Shown in pieces: positions 18,020-27,318 of a stretch of DNA of 64,000 nt. Each line of letters begins with the position of its first letter. Within the stretch, counting starts at the first letter, position 1. Made by a program: the position numbers and the translations under genes. The stretch covers positions 46,934-110,933 of the forward strand of contig MEZH01000007.1 in NCBI GenBank assembly GCA_001775995.1, written 5' to 3'. The DNA is from Candidatus Bathyarchaeota archaeon RBG_16_48_13. Its GTDB lineage: Archaea; Thermoproteota; Bathyarchaeia; RBG-16-48-13. A model generated the notes under the pieces. That model saw only the letters and a list, made by a program, of their open reading frames with translations, did no database searches and had not been told where the DNA came from.

Positions 18020-18826
18020 ATGTCTGGCAAGCTTTCTTTGGATTTTGATATGCCTAAATCCATAGCGATGGGTGAAGAATTCGTAAGGGAACATGTCAAG
18101 AGTGCGGCAGTGGACGGAGTTGCCATTGGATTAAGCGGTGGCCTAGACTCGTCATTGCTCGCTGCCTTGTGCGTCAGGGCGGTGGGACCCAACAAAGTAC
18201 ACGGATTCATAATGCCTGTTCGTGGCATCACGCCTTCAGGCGATGTTCGGGACGCAAGGGAATTGTCCAGACTCCTCGGAATAGAACATGCTTACGTGGA
18301 GATCGGGAAGATCGTCAAGGCTTTCATGGAGGCCAACCCCCTCAAGGATACTAATGTCGGCATAGCTCGCGGAAATGTCATGGCTAGAACCCGAATGACC
18401 CTCCTCTACTACGTCGCCAACCTCAAAAACCTTCTTGTGGCGGGCAGCGGTGACCGTAGCGAGATCCTCATAGGCTACTTCACGAAATATGGCGACGGGG
18501 GGGCAGACATCTTCCCCCTGGGCAACCTGTACAAGACGCAGGTTCGGGAATTGGCAAAGTACCTAGAGTTGCCGTCATCCATAGTCAACAAGCCGAGCAG
18601 CCCAAGGTTTTGGAAAGGCCATATTGCGGAGAACGAGATAGGTCTAGGGTACGGGAAGGTGGATTTGATCCTCCATGGCCTTCTAGACCTTAACCTCCAA
18701 CCAAAAGATGTCGCTTCGAAGGCAGATGTCTCGTTGGACGACATCGTGAAGGTATTGAAGATGGTTCAGCACTCAGAGCACAAACGGATGATGCCTCCTC
18801 TCCCACCTCCCATAACGTTGATGTAG
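18020..18826 (+). CDS. nadE: NH3-dependent NAD+ synthetase
   Basis: IGLSGGLDSS, GNVMARTRM, GYFTKYGDGGAD..PLGNLYKTQV, KPSSPRFW, SEHKR. Confidence 0.92.
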   Translation: MSGKLSLDFDMPKSIAMGEEFVREHVKSAAVDGVAIGLSGGLDSSLLAALCVRAVGPNKVHGFIMPVRGITPSGDVRDARELSRLLGIEHAYVEIGKIVKAFMEANPLKDTNVGIARGNVMARTRMTLLYYVANLKNLLVAGSGDRSEILIGYFTKYGDGGADIFPLGNLYKTQVRELAKYLELPSSIVNKPSSPRFWKGHIAENEIGLGYGKVDLILHGLLDLNLQPKDVASKADVSLDDIVKVLKMVQHSEHKRMMPPLPPPITLM

Positions 18827-18862
18827 GAGCAAAAACAGCCCAAGATTGGTGTTGCGAACCCT

Positions 18863-19117
18863 TTGGTCAATGTCGTCGCCAGGAAGGGAATCGCGACTGA
18901 CATGGAACTGTACGAGGAGATCTGCGATAGTCCCGGTCTTTCATGTTACGAGCTCGCCAAGAAAACGGGCTGGTTGGTAGGGGGATCTGGACCCTTTCAA
19001 GAGGCTGGCGAGGGTCAGCTAATAACGGTGGAGAAGATCCGGGAAGGGCCAAAGAGGTTGGTTTATCCCATGAACTGGACCGAGCTGGGCGAGGGTAAGC
19101 CCAAGAAGAAGTGCTGA
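18863..19117 (+). CDS. Small winged-helix-like hypothetical protein, possibly degraded
   Basis: ELYEEICDSPGLSCYELAKKTGW resembles archaeal wHTH starts; the recognition helix looks scrambled and KRLARV lies in another frame. Confidence 0.35.
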   Translation: MVNVVARKGIATDMELYEEICDSPGLSCYELAKKTGWLVGGSGPFQEAGEGQLITVEKIREGPKRLVYPMNWTELGEGKPKKKC

Positions 19118-19178
19118 CTAGACTAGATGGGGCATTTAAATAATCACTTGCCCTAAACTGGAATGGAGGGGTCATGAT

Positions 19179-20240
19179 TTGGATTTTGAGAAGGTCAAGT
19201 TCGGCGTGCTTTTGAGTCCCATGGCAATCAATAGAATGATAGAAGACACAATCCTCTGTGAGAAGTATGGGTACGATTCAGTCTGGTGGATCGACCATCT
19301 CATCAGCTACTTCCCCGAACATATTGTCCCTGAGCTCTTCACGACGATGGCCCTAATGGGCGACCAGACACGGAGGATAGCAATAGGTTCCTGCGTCGCG
19401 GACGTCCTGAGGAGACACCCCGCTTCCATAGCCGCATCGGTAGCGACGATTGATAGCATGTTCAACGGTCGCACAATACTTGGTCTTGGCGCCGGTGAGG
19501 CCATGAACCTCGAACCCTTTGGAATACCGACCGACAACCTCTACGGAAAATTGAGGGAGGCCATACTGGTCATTAGGCTGCTTTGGGCTTCAAGCAAGTT
19601 GAAACCGGCCAACTTCAAAGGAAAATTTTTCAAGCTAACCAAGGCATATGTCCAGATTCAGCCAAAGACGAAACCGAGCCCGCCCATATGGGTCGGTGCC
19701 TTCGGGCCAAAGATGCTCGAGATGACGGGTGAACTGGCCGACGGTTGGTTACCATTCTCCCACTCCCCAGAATCCTATAAGGCATGCATGGATGGTCCCA
19801 TAAGGAAGGGCGCCGAGAAGGCGAAGAGAACCCTAGCAAGATTCGTCCCTGCCATGAAACCCATAGCGACCGTGGCGAAGGACCTGGAGGAGGCTAGGAA
19901 TACCGTTCTGCCCCAGGCCAAGTACGTGTTGATGATACTACCAGACGTCCTGAAGATGGTCGCCCCTCATGTCTCTCACCCTGGGAGAGAAGCCCTCTCA
20001 GTGTCCAGGGAACCCACTGACGACGAATCAACCAGCAAGATAGCGCAGATGTCTAAGGCCATCCCGGACGAGTCAGCTCTCAAGACAGTCATCTGGGGAA
20101 ACCCAGATCAATGCATAGGACAGATAGAGGCATTCATCAAGGCGGGCTGTCAACACTTTGTTTTGGACTTCAGAGGTCCAGACGTGCAGCAGATTATTTC
20201 GACCTACGCAAAGAGAGTCATACCCTACTTCAGAAAATAG
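19179..20240 (+). CDS. LLM-class flavin (probably F420)-dependent oxidoreductase
   Basis: GYDSVWWIDHL, RRHPA..A..VATID, GRTILGLGAGEAMN..PFG, PPIWVGAFGPKMLEMTGELADGW, WGNPDQC. Confidence 0.85.
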   Translation: MDFEKVKFGVLLSPMAINRMIEDTILCEKYGYDSVWWIDHLISYFPEHIVPELFTTMALMGDQTRRIAIGSCVADVLRRHPASIAASVATIDSMFNGRTILGLGAGEAMNLEPFGIPTDNLYGKLREAILVIRLLWASSKLKPANFKGKFFKLTKAYVQIQPKTKPSPPIWVGAFGPKMLEMTGELADGWLPFSHSPESYKACMDGPIRKGAEKAKRTLARFVPAMKPIATVAKDLEEARNTVLPQAKYVLMILPDVLKMVAPHVSHPGREALSVSREPTDDESTSKIAQMSKAIPDESALKTVIWGNPDQCIGQIEAFIKAGCQHFVLDFRGPDVQQIISTYAKRVIPYFRK

Positions 20241-20284
20241 AACTGAACGCCTGAGACCGCTAGTAAGAAAAAGCTTCGGGGAAC

Positions 20285-21736
20285 CTAAGTTATGGTTCTC
20301 ACAAGATGCTTTTCTCTGTCATAAATGTTGATTACCAAGGCGTTTCTTCCATCTATCAGGTGAGTGGCGCAGGCGAAGCAGGGGTCGTAGGCCCTGAAGG
20401 CCATTTCAACCATATTCAATAAGCCGTCGTCGACCATCCCATTCTTTATGAGACCTGAAGCCGCTGTCTTCACGGAGGTGCAGATGGCGGGGTAGTTGTT
20501 CGTCGTGGCGACAATAAGGTTCACGTCCTTTATCAATCCTTCTTCATCAAGTTTGTAGTGATGTATCAGAGTTCCTCGAGCCGCCTCGACCACCCCCACG
20601 CCCTCTCCAGACTTGGTCGGGAATCTCCTTATGTCTGTGCTGGTTATTTCAGGGTCCCTACTCAGTTCGAGGGTTCTCTCCGCCGCGTAGAGGAGCTCCA
20701 CGAGCCGGGCCCAGTGGTAAGCTAAGGTCGAGTGCAGAGGCTTGCCGCCGAGGGTCTCGTACATTCGCAGGTATTCCTGCTGGGCTAGGGGAGTTGCCAT
20801 GCTTTCCGAGGCGTTGAGCCTCGCCAAGGGGCCGACCCTGTATATCCCGCTCTCCGATCCGTCAACGTAGCCTCTCCAGCCCACGTTCTTCAGGTACGGT
20901 AGCTTGGAGTATGTCCACTCTTCAACTCTCTCCTCCACAACGTCGAAGTAGTCCCCTGGGTTGAACCTTAGATACTCCTTTCCGCTTTGATTGACAACTC
21001 TGATCTTCCCGTCATAAAAGTTGACCTTGTTCTTCTCGTCAACCATACCCATGTAGTAGGTCTCGAGGTTGTAGGCATTGCTCTTGATCAGCTTCATGAA
21101 CTCCTCGTTTCCCAAGACCACCTTCTCGAAGACCCCGAGGGAGAGTTTGGCGAATTCCACGCAAGACTCGGCCATCTCCTCTATCTCTTGCTGCTCCTTG
21201 TCGGTGATGGGTTTAGACATGCCGCCGGGAAGGGCACATACGGGGTGAGTTGCTTTCCCTCCGATTATGGCGGTGATCTTCTGGCCGTAAGCCCTGTGCT
21301 TAATGACATCTTTCCCGATTTCCAGGCCAAGCTTGTTGATAACGCCTATCACGTTTCTATCGGAGGCTGGCGCCTTCGGTCCTACGATGAAGTCGGGGCC
21401 GCCTAAGAAGTAGAAGTGGAGTATGTGATCGTAGATATAGTAGGCGTTGAACATGAGCTCCCGGAGCCTCTTGGCTGCTGGTGGAGCCTCGACCCCGAAG
21501 GCTTGATCAAGAGCCTTTGCCGAGGCCATGTGGTGCGCCACGGGGCACACCCCACATATCCGTGTGGTTAGCTGGGGCATCTCCTCTGCCTTTCTCCCTA
21601 TGCAGAATTTCTCGAAGCCCCGGAGTTCAGGTACTTGGAGGTAGGCGTTCTGGACGTTTCCAGCATCGTCGAGGAAGATCTCTATCTTTCCATGACCTTC
21701 CAACCTTGTCACTGGATCTATAGTGATTTTCTTCAT
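20285..21736 (-). CDS. mvhA: [NiFe] hydrogenase large subunit, group 3c (MvhA)
   Basis: PVTRLEGH, RGFEKF, RICGVC (L1), EAARGTLIHHY, RAYDPCFACATH (L2) followed by a cleavable tail. Confidence 0.92.
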   Translation of the reverse strand: MKKITIDPVTRLEGHGKIEIFLDDAGNVQNAYLQVPELRGFEKFCIGRKAEEMPQLTTRICGVCPVAHHMASAKALDQAFGVEAPPAAKRLRELMFNAYYIYDHILHFYFLGGPDFIVGPKAPASDRNVIGVINKLGLEIGKDVIKHRAYGQKITAIIGGKATHPVCALPGGMSKPITDKEQQEIEEMAESCVEFAKLSLGVFEKVVLGNEEFMKLIKSNAYNLETYYMGMVDEKNKVNFYDGKIRVVNQSGKEYLRFNPGDYFDVVEERVEEWTYSKLPYLKNVGWRGYVDGSESGIYRVGPLARLNASESMATPLAQQEYLRMYETLGGKPLHSTLAYHWARLVELLYAAERTLELSRDPEITSTDIRRFPTKSGEGVGVVEAARGTLIHHYKLDEEGLIKDVNLIVATTNNYPAICTSVKTAASGLIKNGMVDDGLLNMVEMAFRAYDPCFACATHLIDGRNALVINIYDREKHLVRTIT

Positions 21737-22704
21737 TACTTGACTCTCCTATTTATGATGGAAGAAGGCAAAGTGTACTTATAGAAGGTGCCAACGGGGT
21801 CCTTGATCTCGCCAACAAGCTGATCCATGTCATTCTCGGATTTTTCTTTCTCATTCTCTATCCCGAGGATGGAAGAGAGGGCGCCGATCATGGCCGCCCC
21901 TTGGTCCGAGGCGCCTGGTATTGGCCCCATACAACCTGTGCAGGGCATGTTAGCGTCTAGACACGGCTCGCCGCATCCTGATCGTGTTGCCGGACCCATG
22001 CAGATGATCCCTTGGTCTAGGAAACACTTCTTCGGGTCGAGTGCTGTTTCGTGGAAGCGTTTCACTTTTGCGATTTTCTTGTTTCCCTTTTCTCTCTTGC
22101 AGCTCTCACAAAGGGAGATCTCCGGTGCAAGAACTGAACCCTTCTTCGGATTTGTTCCCGAAGAAAAGGATTGAAGAACCTTGGCTATCAAGTCAACTGG
22201 AGGCGGGCAGCCGGGCAAGTAGAAATCTACATTCACCACTTGATCTAAGGTCTTGACGGTATCGTAAAACTCAGGCAAGGTAAGCTCGCCCTCCTTAGCT
22301 TCGGAGCAAGTCCTAGGAATCACACCAGGGAGGTTTTTGGTGGAGACACTTTCCCGGTAGACTTTCTCGAACACTGTCCTCCTATTGTGCAGGTTAGCCA
22401 ATCCCGGAACTCCGCCGCCACAGGCGCAAGAACCGAAGGAGATTAGAATTCTCGATTTCTTCCTAAGCAGCTTGGCTAAGAGTTCATTTTCCCCATTTCT
22501 TATGGAGCCGTTAAAGAAGCAGATATCGACGCTCTTGTCGCCCATTGCCTTTATATCTTTGTATTTGATGTCCATGACCACAGGCCAGAACACTATGTCA
22601 GCGACCTTCAACGTGTCTAGGATCTTCTCGTTGACATCGAGGACTGCCACTTCGCAGCCTCCACAGGTCGAAGCCCAGTAGAAGCCAATCTTCAATTTAC
22701 TCAT
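21736..22704 (-). CDS. mvhG: [NiFe] hydrogenase small subunit MvhG
   Basis: STCGGCE, GSCACGGG, YLPGCPP, CESC, CFLDQG..CMGPATRSGC...C, PCTGCMGP. Confidence 0.9.
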   Translation of the reverse strand: MSKLKIGFYWASTCGGCEVAVLDVNEKILDTLKVADIVFWPVVMDIKYKDIKAMGDKSVDICFFNGSIRNGENELLAKLLRKKSRILISFGSCACGGGVPGLANLHNRRTVFEKVYRESVSTKNLPGVIPRTCSEAKEGELTLPEFYDTVKTLDQVVNVDFYLPGCPPPVDLIAKVLQSFSSGTNPKKGSVLAPEISLCESCKREKGNKKIAKVKRFHETALDPKKCFLDQGIICMGPATRSGCGEPCLDANMPCTGCMGPIPGASDQGAAMIGALSSILGIENEKEKSENDMDQLVGEIKDPVGTFYKYTLPSSIINRRVK

Positions 22705-22718
22705 CAATGTGCCTCCCA

Positions 22719-23216
22719 TTATGCCTGTGAAGTAGAAGTGACCCGGGACGCTACCCTTTCAAGCTCTCTTAAGGAGGACCCAGCGAATTCTCCTCCCGTC
22801 TTCGTCAGCGGGTTGGGCCCAAGCCTCTTTATCTCGTCCGTCATCTCCTTTACGACATCAGCGAATCTCGCACCTTCCGAAGCCGAGACCCATTCAACCC
22901 TGAGCCGCTGGGGCTCGAAACCCAACTGTTGTAGGAGCTTCCTCAGGGCAGCGATCCTCCTATAGGTCTTGAAGTTGCCCGAGACATAATGACAGTCGGA
23001 AGGCAAGTGACAGCCCGCCACCAGCACCCCATCCGCTCCGCTCTTGAAGGCCTCAAGCACGAAAGCTGGGTCAATTCTCCCGCTACACATGACCCTTATT
23101 ATTCTGAGGTTCGGCGGGTATTGCATACGGCTTATTCCAGCTAGATCCGCGCCCGCGTAGGAACACCAGTTGCATAAGAATCCCAAGATTTTCGGCTGAA
23201 ATTCGTCTACGGCCAT
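22719..23216 (-). CDS. mvhD: MvhD [2Fe-2S] subunit
   Basis: FLCNWCSYAGADLAG, RVMCSGRIDP, GADGVLVAGCH..DCHY, WVSASEG. Confidence 0.92.
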   Translation of the reverse strand: MAVDEFQPKILGFLCNWCSYAGADLAGISRMQYPPNLRIIRVMCSGRIDPAFVLEAFKSGADGVLVAGCHLPSDCHYVSGNFKTYRRIAALRKLLQQLGFEPQRLRVEWVSASEGARFADVVKEMTDEIKRLGPNPLTKTGGEFAGSSLRELERVASRVTSTSQA

Positions 23217-23217
23217 T

Positions 23218-25191
23218 TCAATCCCTCAGAACTGCTTTGACCTGAGCTAGGATGGCATCATCTGTGAAGTGGCACATCTTGATTGACTTGGTAGGGCAAG
23301 CTGATCCGCAGACGCCACATCCCTTGCACAAGACTTCAATGACGCTCGACACCTGTTTGCCTGACTTCTCTTTCATCTTTATGGCGCCGTACTCGCAGAC
23401 GGATTCGCATATTCTGCATCCGGAACATAGATCCTCATCGACGCTCGCTATGATCCCTTCTAACTCAACCTTGCCCATCGATAAAGGCACGGCGGCTCTG
23501 GAGGCCGCTGCGCCAGCCTGAGCCACAGCATCGGGTATATCCTTTGGGCCTTGAGCCGCACCGCCCAAGAAGACGCCATCGATGTTGGTCTCGACGGGTC
23601 TCAGCTTCGGGTGTGCTTCCAAGAAGAAGCCGTCAGGTCCCCTCGAAAGCTTCAGAATGCTTTGGAGCTCCGAAGTGTCGGCCCTGGGGATGACACCCGT
23701 GGCCAACACAGCCAGATCGAACTCCCTCTCTGCGACTTCGCCCAGTAATGTATCTTCGAACCTTAGGACTAGATTCTTGTCATCGGGATTCTCCAGAATC
23801 TCGCCGACCCGACCTCTGATGAATCGCACACCTTCCTGCTGAACGCGTTCATAGAACTCCTCATAGCCTTTACCGAAGCACCTCATGTCTATGTAGAATA
23901 TCGAGACCTCCGCACCAGGGAACTTCTCCTTGATCTGGTGCGCTTGCTTCAAGGAGGCCATGCAACAAACCCTTGAACAGTAGAGGTTGGCGTTCTTGTC
24001 TCTGGAACCAACGCATTGAACGAATGCGACACTTCGCGGCGCCTTGCCATCGGAAGGCCTCAACACTTTCCCGCTAGTAGGTCCTGAGGCGTTCACCAAT
24101 CTCTCAAATTCCAACCCGTTTATTACATTTCGGTAGATTCCGTAACCGTACTCGGCTTTATGACCCGCGTCGTATAGGTCATAGCCAGTGGCGATGATTA
24201 TCGCCCCCACCTCGAGCTCCACTTCCGCGGGCAGCTGACCGAAGTCTATTGCCCCTGAGGTGCAGAACTTCTCACAAGCCCTGCAGATGTTCTTCTTGAA
24301 GTAGAGGCAGTTTTCTCTGTCAATGGTGTACCTCAACGGGACGGCTTGAGGGAAAGGAACGTATATCGCCTTTCTAGTGCCCAGGCCCAGGTCGAACTCG
24401 CTGGGGACATTGACCGGGCACTTTTCAGCGCACAAGCCACACCCGGTGCACTTGGATTCATCAACGTATCTCGGCTTCTTCAAGACCCTGGCCTTGAAGT
24501 TGCCTATGTAACCATCTATAGCCTTGACCTCAGAGTAGGCGAGCAAGCTGATGTTGGGGTGTCTAGAAATGTCCACCATCTTCGGCGTCAGGATGCATGC
24601 CGAGCAATCTAGAGTTGGAAAAGTCTTGTCGAGCTGAGCCATGTGGCCTCCAATGGATGGGGTCTTTTCCACTAGATGGACCTTGAAGCCTTGATCTGCA
24701 AGGTCCAAGGAAGACTGGATCCCAGCTATGCCGCCACCTATCACGAGGGCTGCAGGGGTCACTGGCACTTCACGCATCTGTAGGGGCTCGTCGAAGACTG
24801 ATTTGGCCACGGCCGCAGCTACGAGGGCGATGGCCTTTACCGTGGCTTTTTCCGGCTCCTTCATGTGGACCCAGGAGCACTGTTCTCTTATGTTAGCCAT
24901 CTCTACCAGATAGGGGTTTAAGCCGGCTTCTTGAGCGGCCTTTCTGAAAGTGGGCTCATGCATGCGGGGTGAACATGAGGCAACTATGACTCGGTTCAAC
25001 TTCCTGTCTCGGATGTCCTGTTTTATCATCGCCTGGCCCGGCTCCGAACACATGTACTTGTAGTCCTTGGCAAGCACAACATTCGGCAGACCTGCAATTC
25101 GCTGGGCGACCTTCTCTACGTCGACTGTACCCGCTATGTTGGTTCCACAGTGACAGATGTAGACGCCTATTCTCTCGTCAGCCATACTCAC
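23218..25191 (-). CDS. hdrA: Heterodisulfide reductase subunit A
   Basis: GVYICHCG, ASCSPR, NIREQCSWVH, IGGGIAG, KTFPTLDCSACIL, FVQCVGSR, YCSRVCC, two ferredoxin regions. Confidence 0.93.
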   Translation of the reverse strand: MSMADERIGVYICHCGTNIAGTVDVEKVAQRIAGLPNVVLAKDYKYMCSEPGQAMIKQDIRDRKLNRVIVASCSPRMHEPTFRKAAQEAGLNPYLVEMANIREQCSWVHMKEPEKATVKAIALVAAAVAKSVFDEPLQMREVPVTPAALVIGGGIAGIQSSLDLADQGFKVHLVEKTPSIGGHMAQLDKTFPTLDCSACILTPKMVDISRHPNISLLAYSEVKAIDGYIGNFKARVLKKPRYVDESKCTGCGLCAEKCPVNVPSEFDLGLGTRKAIYVPFPQAVPLRYTIDRENCLYFKKNICRACEKFCTSGAIDFGQLPAEVELEVGAIIIATGYDLYDAGHKAEYGYGIYRNVINGLEFERLVNASGPTSGKVLRPSDGKAPRSVAFVQCVGSRDKNANLYCSRVCCMASLKQAHQIKEKFPGAEVSIFYIDMRCFGKGYEEFYERVQQEGVRFIRGRVGEILENPDDKNLVLRFEDTLLGEVAEREFDLAVLATGVIPRADTSELQSILKLSRGPDGFFLEAHPKLRPVETNIDGVFLGGAAQGPKDIPDAVAQAGAAASRAAVPLSMGKVELEGIIASVDEDLCSGCRICESVCEYGAIKMKEKSGKQVSSVIEVLCKGCGVCGSACPTKSIKMCHFTDDAILAQVKAVLRD

Positions 25192-26084
25192 TTATTGCCT
25201 CCAGTTATGCCTAGTCTCTCCAAGTATGCGGGCGGGACGCTGTTGTCGTAGAGCCCGAGCTTCTCTGGAGACAGACCCATGGCTAGGCCCAGAAGTTGGG
25301 TAATATATAGAACAGGTACCCTTTCCTTCAACCTCCCTTTATCCCTGAGCTCGGTCTGGCCCAGATCGAACTGAAGGTGACAGAAGACGCAGGGCGTCAC
25401 GATGCAATCAACCCCTGCAGCGGTCATGTTCTGGACCTTTTCGAGCGTGAAGTCCAAGGCGACTAGCGGCTCGCCAGACCTGACGCCGCCGCCTGCCCCA
25501 CAGCAAATATTCTTGTCTTTGTATGGGACGCTCTCAGCCCCGACGAGGCTGACCAAGTCGTCCAAGAAGACGGGTCTCTCAGAGGAGCCGTGAGCCCTGA
25601 TCTTGGTGGGTTTTAAGTAATGACACCCGTAATGGGCCGCAACCCTCAGGCCTTTCAATTGCCGTGTTATATGGTTTTTCAGGGTTTCCGAGCCCACATC
25701 CTTGTCCAAGACCTCAACTACGTGTTTCACTTGAGTGCCGCCGCCGTAGCTTCGCTTTACCTTTTCCAAGAGTGCGTTTACTCTTCCTCGTCTTTCTTTG
25801 TCATTCAGTATGACGGAGGCTTCTTGAAGAGAGGCGTAGCAACCGTTGCAGGTGAGGGTTATGTCCAGCCCCAGCTGCTCTGCAATGGAGAGGTTTCTGG
25901 CACCTATGACTAGCCAGTTCTCAAGGTCGAAGCTCCCCAAGACACCTGGGGCCGGGCAGCAAGTGGCGCCGTTCATCTCTAGTAGGTCTATCTGAAATTC
26001 ATTCATTACGAGTCTCGTGGCGGCCTCGATGCCTGGATAGCGAAGGGGCATTATGCACCCTAGAAAGAAGGCGTATTTCTTCAT
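25188..26084 (-). CDS. hdrB: Heterodisulfide reductase subunit B
   Basis: FFLGCIMPLRYP, TCCPAPG, TCNGC, HYGCH, CCGAGGG, PCVFCHLQFD (two CCG domains). Confidence 0.92.
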   Translation of the reverse strand: MKKYAFFLGCIMPLRYPGIEAATRLVMNEFQIDLLEMNGATCCPAPGVLGSFDLENWLVIGARNLSIAEQLGLDITLTCNGCYASLQEASVILNDKERRGRVNALLEKVKRSYGGGTQVKHVVEVLDKDVGSETLKNHITRQLKGLRVAAHYGCHYLKPTKIRAHGSSERPVFLDDLVSLVGAESVPYKDKNICCGAGGGVRSGEPLVALDFTLEKVQNMTAAGVDCIVTPCVFCHLQFDLGQTELRDKGRLKERVPVLYITQLLGLAMGLSPEKLGLYDNSVPPAYLERLGITGGNK

Positions 26085-26647
26085 TTCTTATCCCTAATTA
26101 CCTTGTTGTAGAAGCCGTCAGTTCTCATGATCTCTTGGATCTCTGCTAGGGCCTCTGGAAACAGTAATGAGGTCGGAGGAACCGGGCTCAGACCAAGCTT
26201 GACGCGGGTCTTCTTCCCTTCCTCGTTGAGTGGTATCGTGTGACCGGTTTTTATGAAGTTGTTAGCAACGACGAGGTGGCGCTCCTTTGCTCTACCCTCC
26301 TCGAAGGCAATATTCCTGACGATCTTCACAATCTCGGTCACTCTCACGTCTCTGGGGCACCTTTCTTGGCAGGTATAGCAGGTAGTGCAAGACCAGAGAT
26401 CATTAGTATCCAGGACTTCTTCCCTATATCCCATCTGGATTCCCCTTATCATGGAGCGAATCCTCAAGGCGGTTCTCCTTCCTGAGGGACAGCTCCCAAC
26501 GCACGTTCCACATTGGACACATTCGTACAGGGTATTCAAATCTTCCAGCGGGTAGATTCTCGCTCCCCTACTCATCACTTCTTTGGCCAGATTCCAGGAG
26601 GGAACGCGGTTCGCTTTCGAGTCTTTCAAAGTGGACAGATCTGCCAC
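26081..26647 (-). CDS. hdrC: Heterodisulfide reductase subunit C
   Basis: CVQCGTCVGSCPSG and WSCTTCYTCQERCPR. Confidence 0.92.
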   Translation of the reverse strand: MADLSTLKDSKANRVPSWNLAKEVMSRGARIYPLEDLNTLYECVQCGTCVGSCPSGRRTALRIRSMIRGIQMGYREEVLDTNDLWSCTTCYTCQERCPRDVRVTEIVKIVRNIAFEEGRAKERHLVVANNFIKTGHTIPLNEEGKKTRVKLGLSPVPPTSLLFPEALAEIQEIMRTDGFYNKVIRDKK

Positions 26648-26725
26648 CTCTAAGGGGAAAAGTATTGTTTACAAGGACTACTTAAGGGGAAGCTATTAAA
26701 ACATAACGCAGTTATAATTAAGGCA

Positions 26726-27205
26726 TTAAAGCCGGCTTCCAAGGAGACTGGCGATCTCTTTTTCGACGAGCCGAGCAACCTCGGAGGCCCCTCGCCTTAC
26801 ATTTGAGTTTAAGCCCATCCTCATCTCGCTTACTTCAGCGACCTCGACACCTAATATCTTGACTTTGCTGGAAATGTTACCGTACAAAGCTTCGCTGAGT
26901 TTCAAGACCGTGGGTAGACCCAAGTCATGTAGGGTCAACATAGGAGAAGCTGGAAAATACTGTAACTCACCATAATCAAGGACTCGAATGCCCCCGACTT
27001 TTCCCCCAGATTTGAAGGCATCAACTATCAGGACCTTGTCAAACTTCCCGATGAGATCCACAAGATCTATTCCTCTCACACCCAACTCTATCAATTCAAC
27101 TTCGGGTGGTATACGCTTACGCTTCCTTAGCTTCTCCAGGACGAATGGTCCGACCCCATCATCCCCCAACAAGAGGTTGCCACAACTCACGACAGCGATC
27201 TTCAG
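26726..27205 (-). CDS. Hydrogenase maturation protease (HyaD/HycI family), probable CTG start
   Basis: GNLLLGDDGVG, IVDA, TLHDLGL; the KIAVV strand lies upstream of GTG 27190 and begins at CTG 27205/27208 just after an in-frame TAG. Confidence 0.85.
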   Translation of the reverse strand: MKIAVVSCGNLLLGDDGVGPFVLEKLRKRKRIPPEVELIELGVRGIDLVDLIGKFDKVLIVDAFKSGGKVGGIRVLDYGELQYFPASPMLTLHDLGLPTVLKLSEALYGNISSKVKILGVEVAEVSEMRMGLNSNVRRGASEVARLVEKEIASLLGSRL

Positions 27206-27318
27206 CAGCTAAGCCTCGCGTTTTATTGATGTGTCATCTTTCCCGATGAACATTTTTTTATATTAAGAAACGAAAACATAATAAGATTGCGTGAAAACCG
27301 ATTGGAGCGCGCCATAGG

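Noticed and set aside
22719-22800. About 25-aa C-terminal extension of MvhD after GPNPL
   Set aside because: No motif or metal ligand; most simply a stop-codon shift
20285-26647. Selenocysteine in Mvh/Hdr subunits
   Set aside because: All ORFs are uninterrupted and the ligand positions (DPCFAC, GCH..DCHY, DCSAC) are Cys
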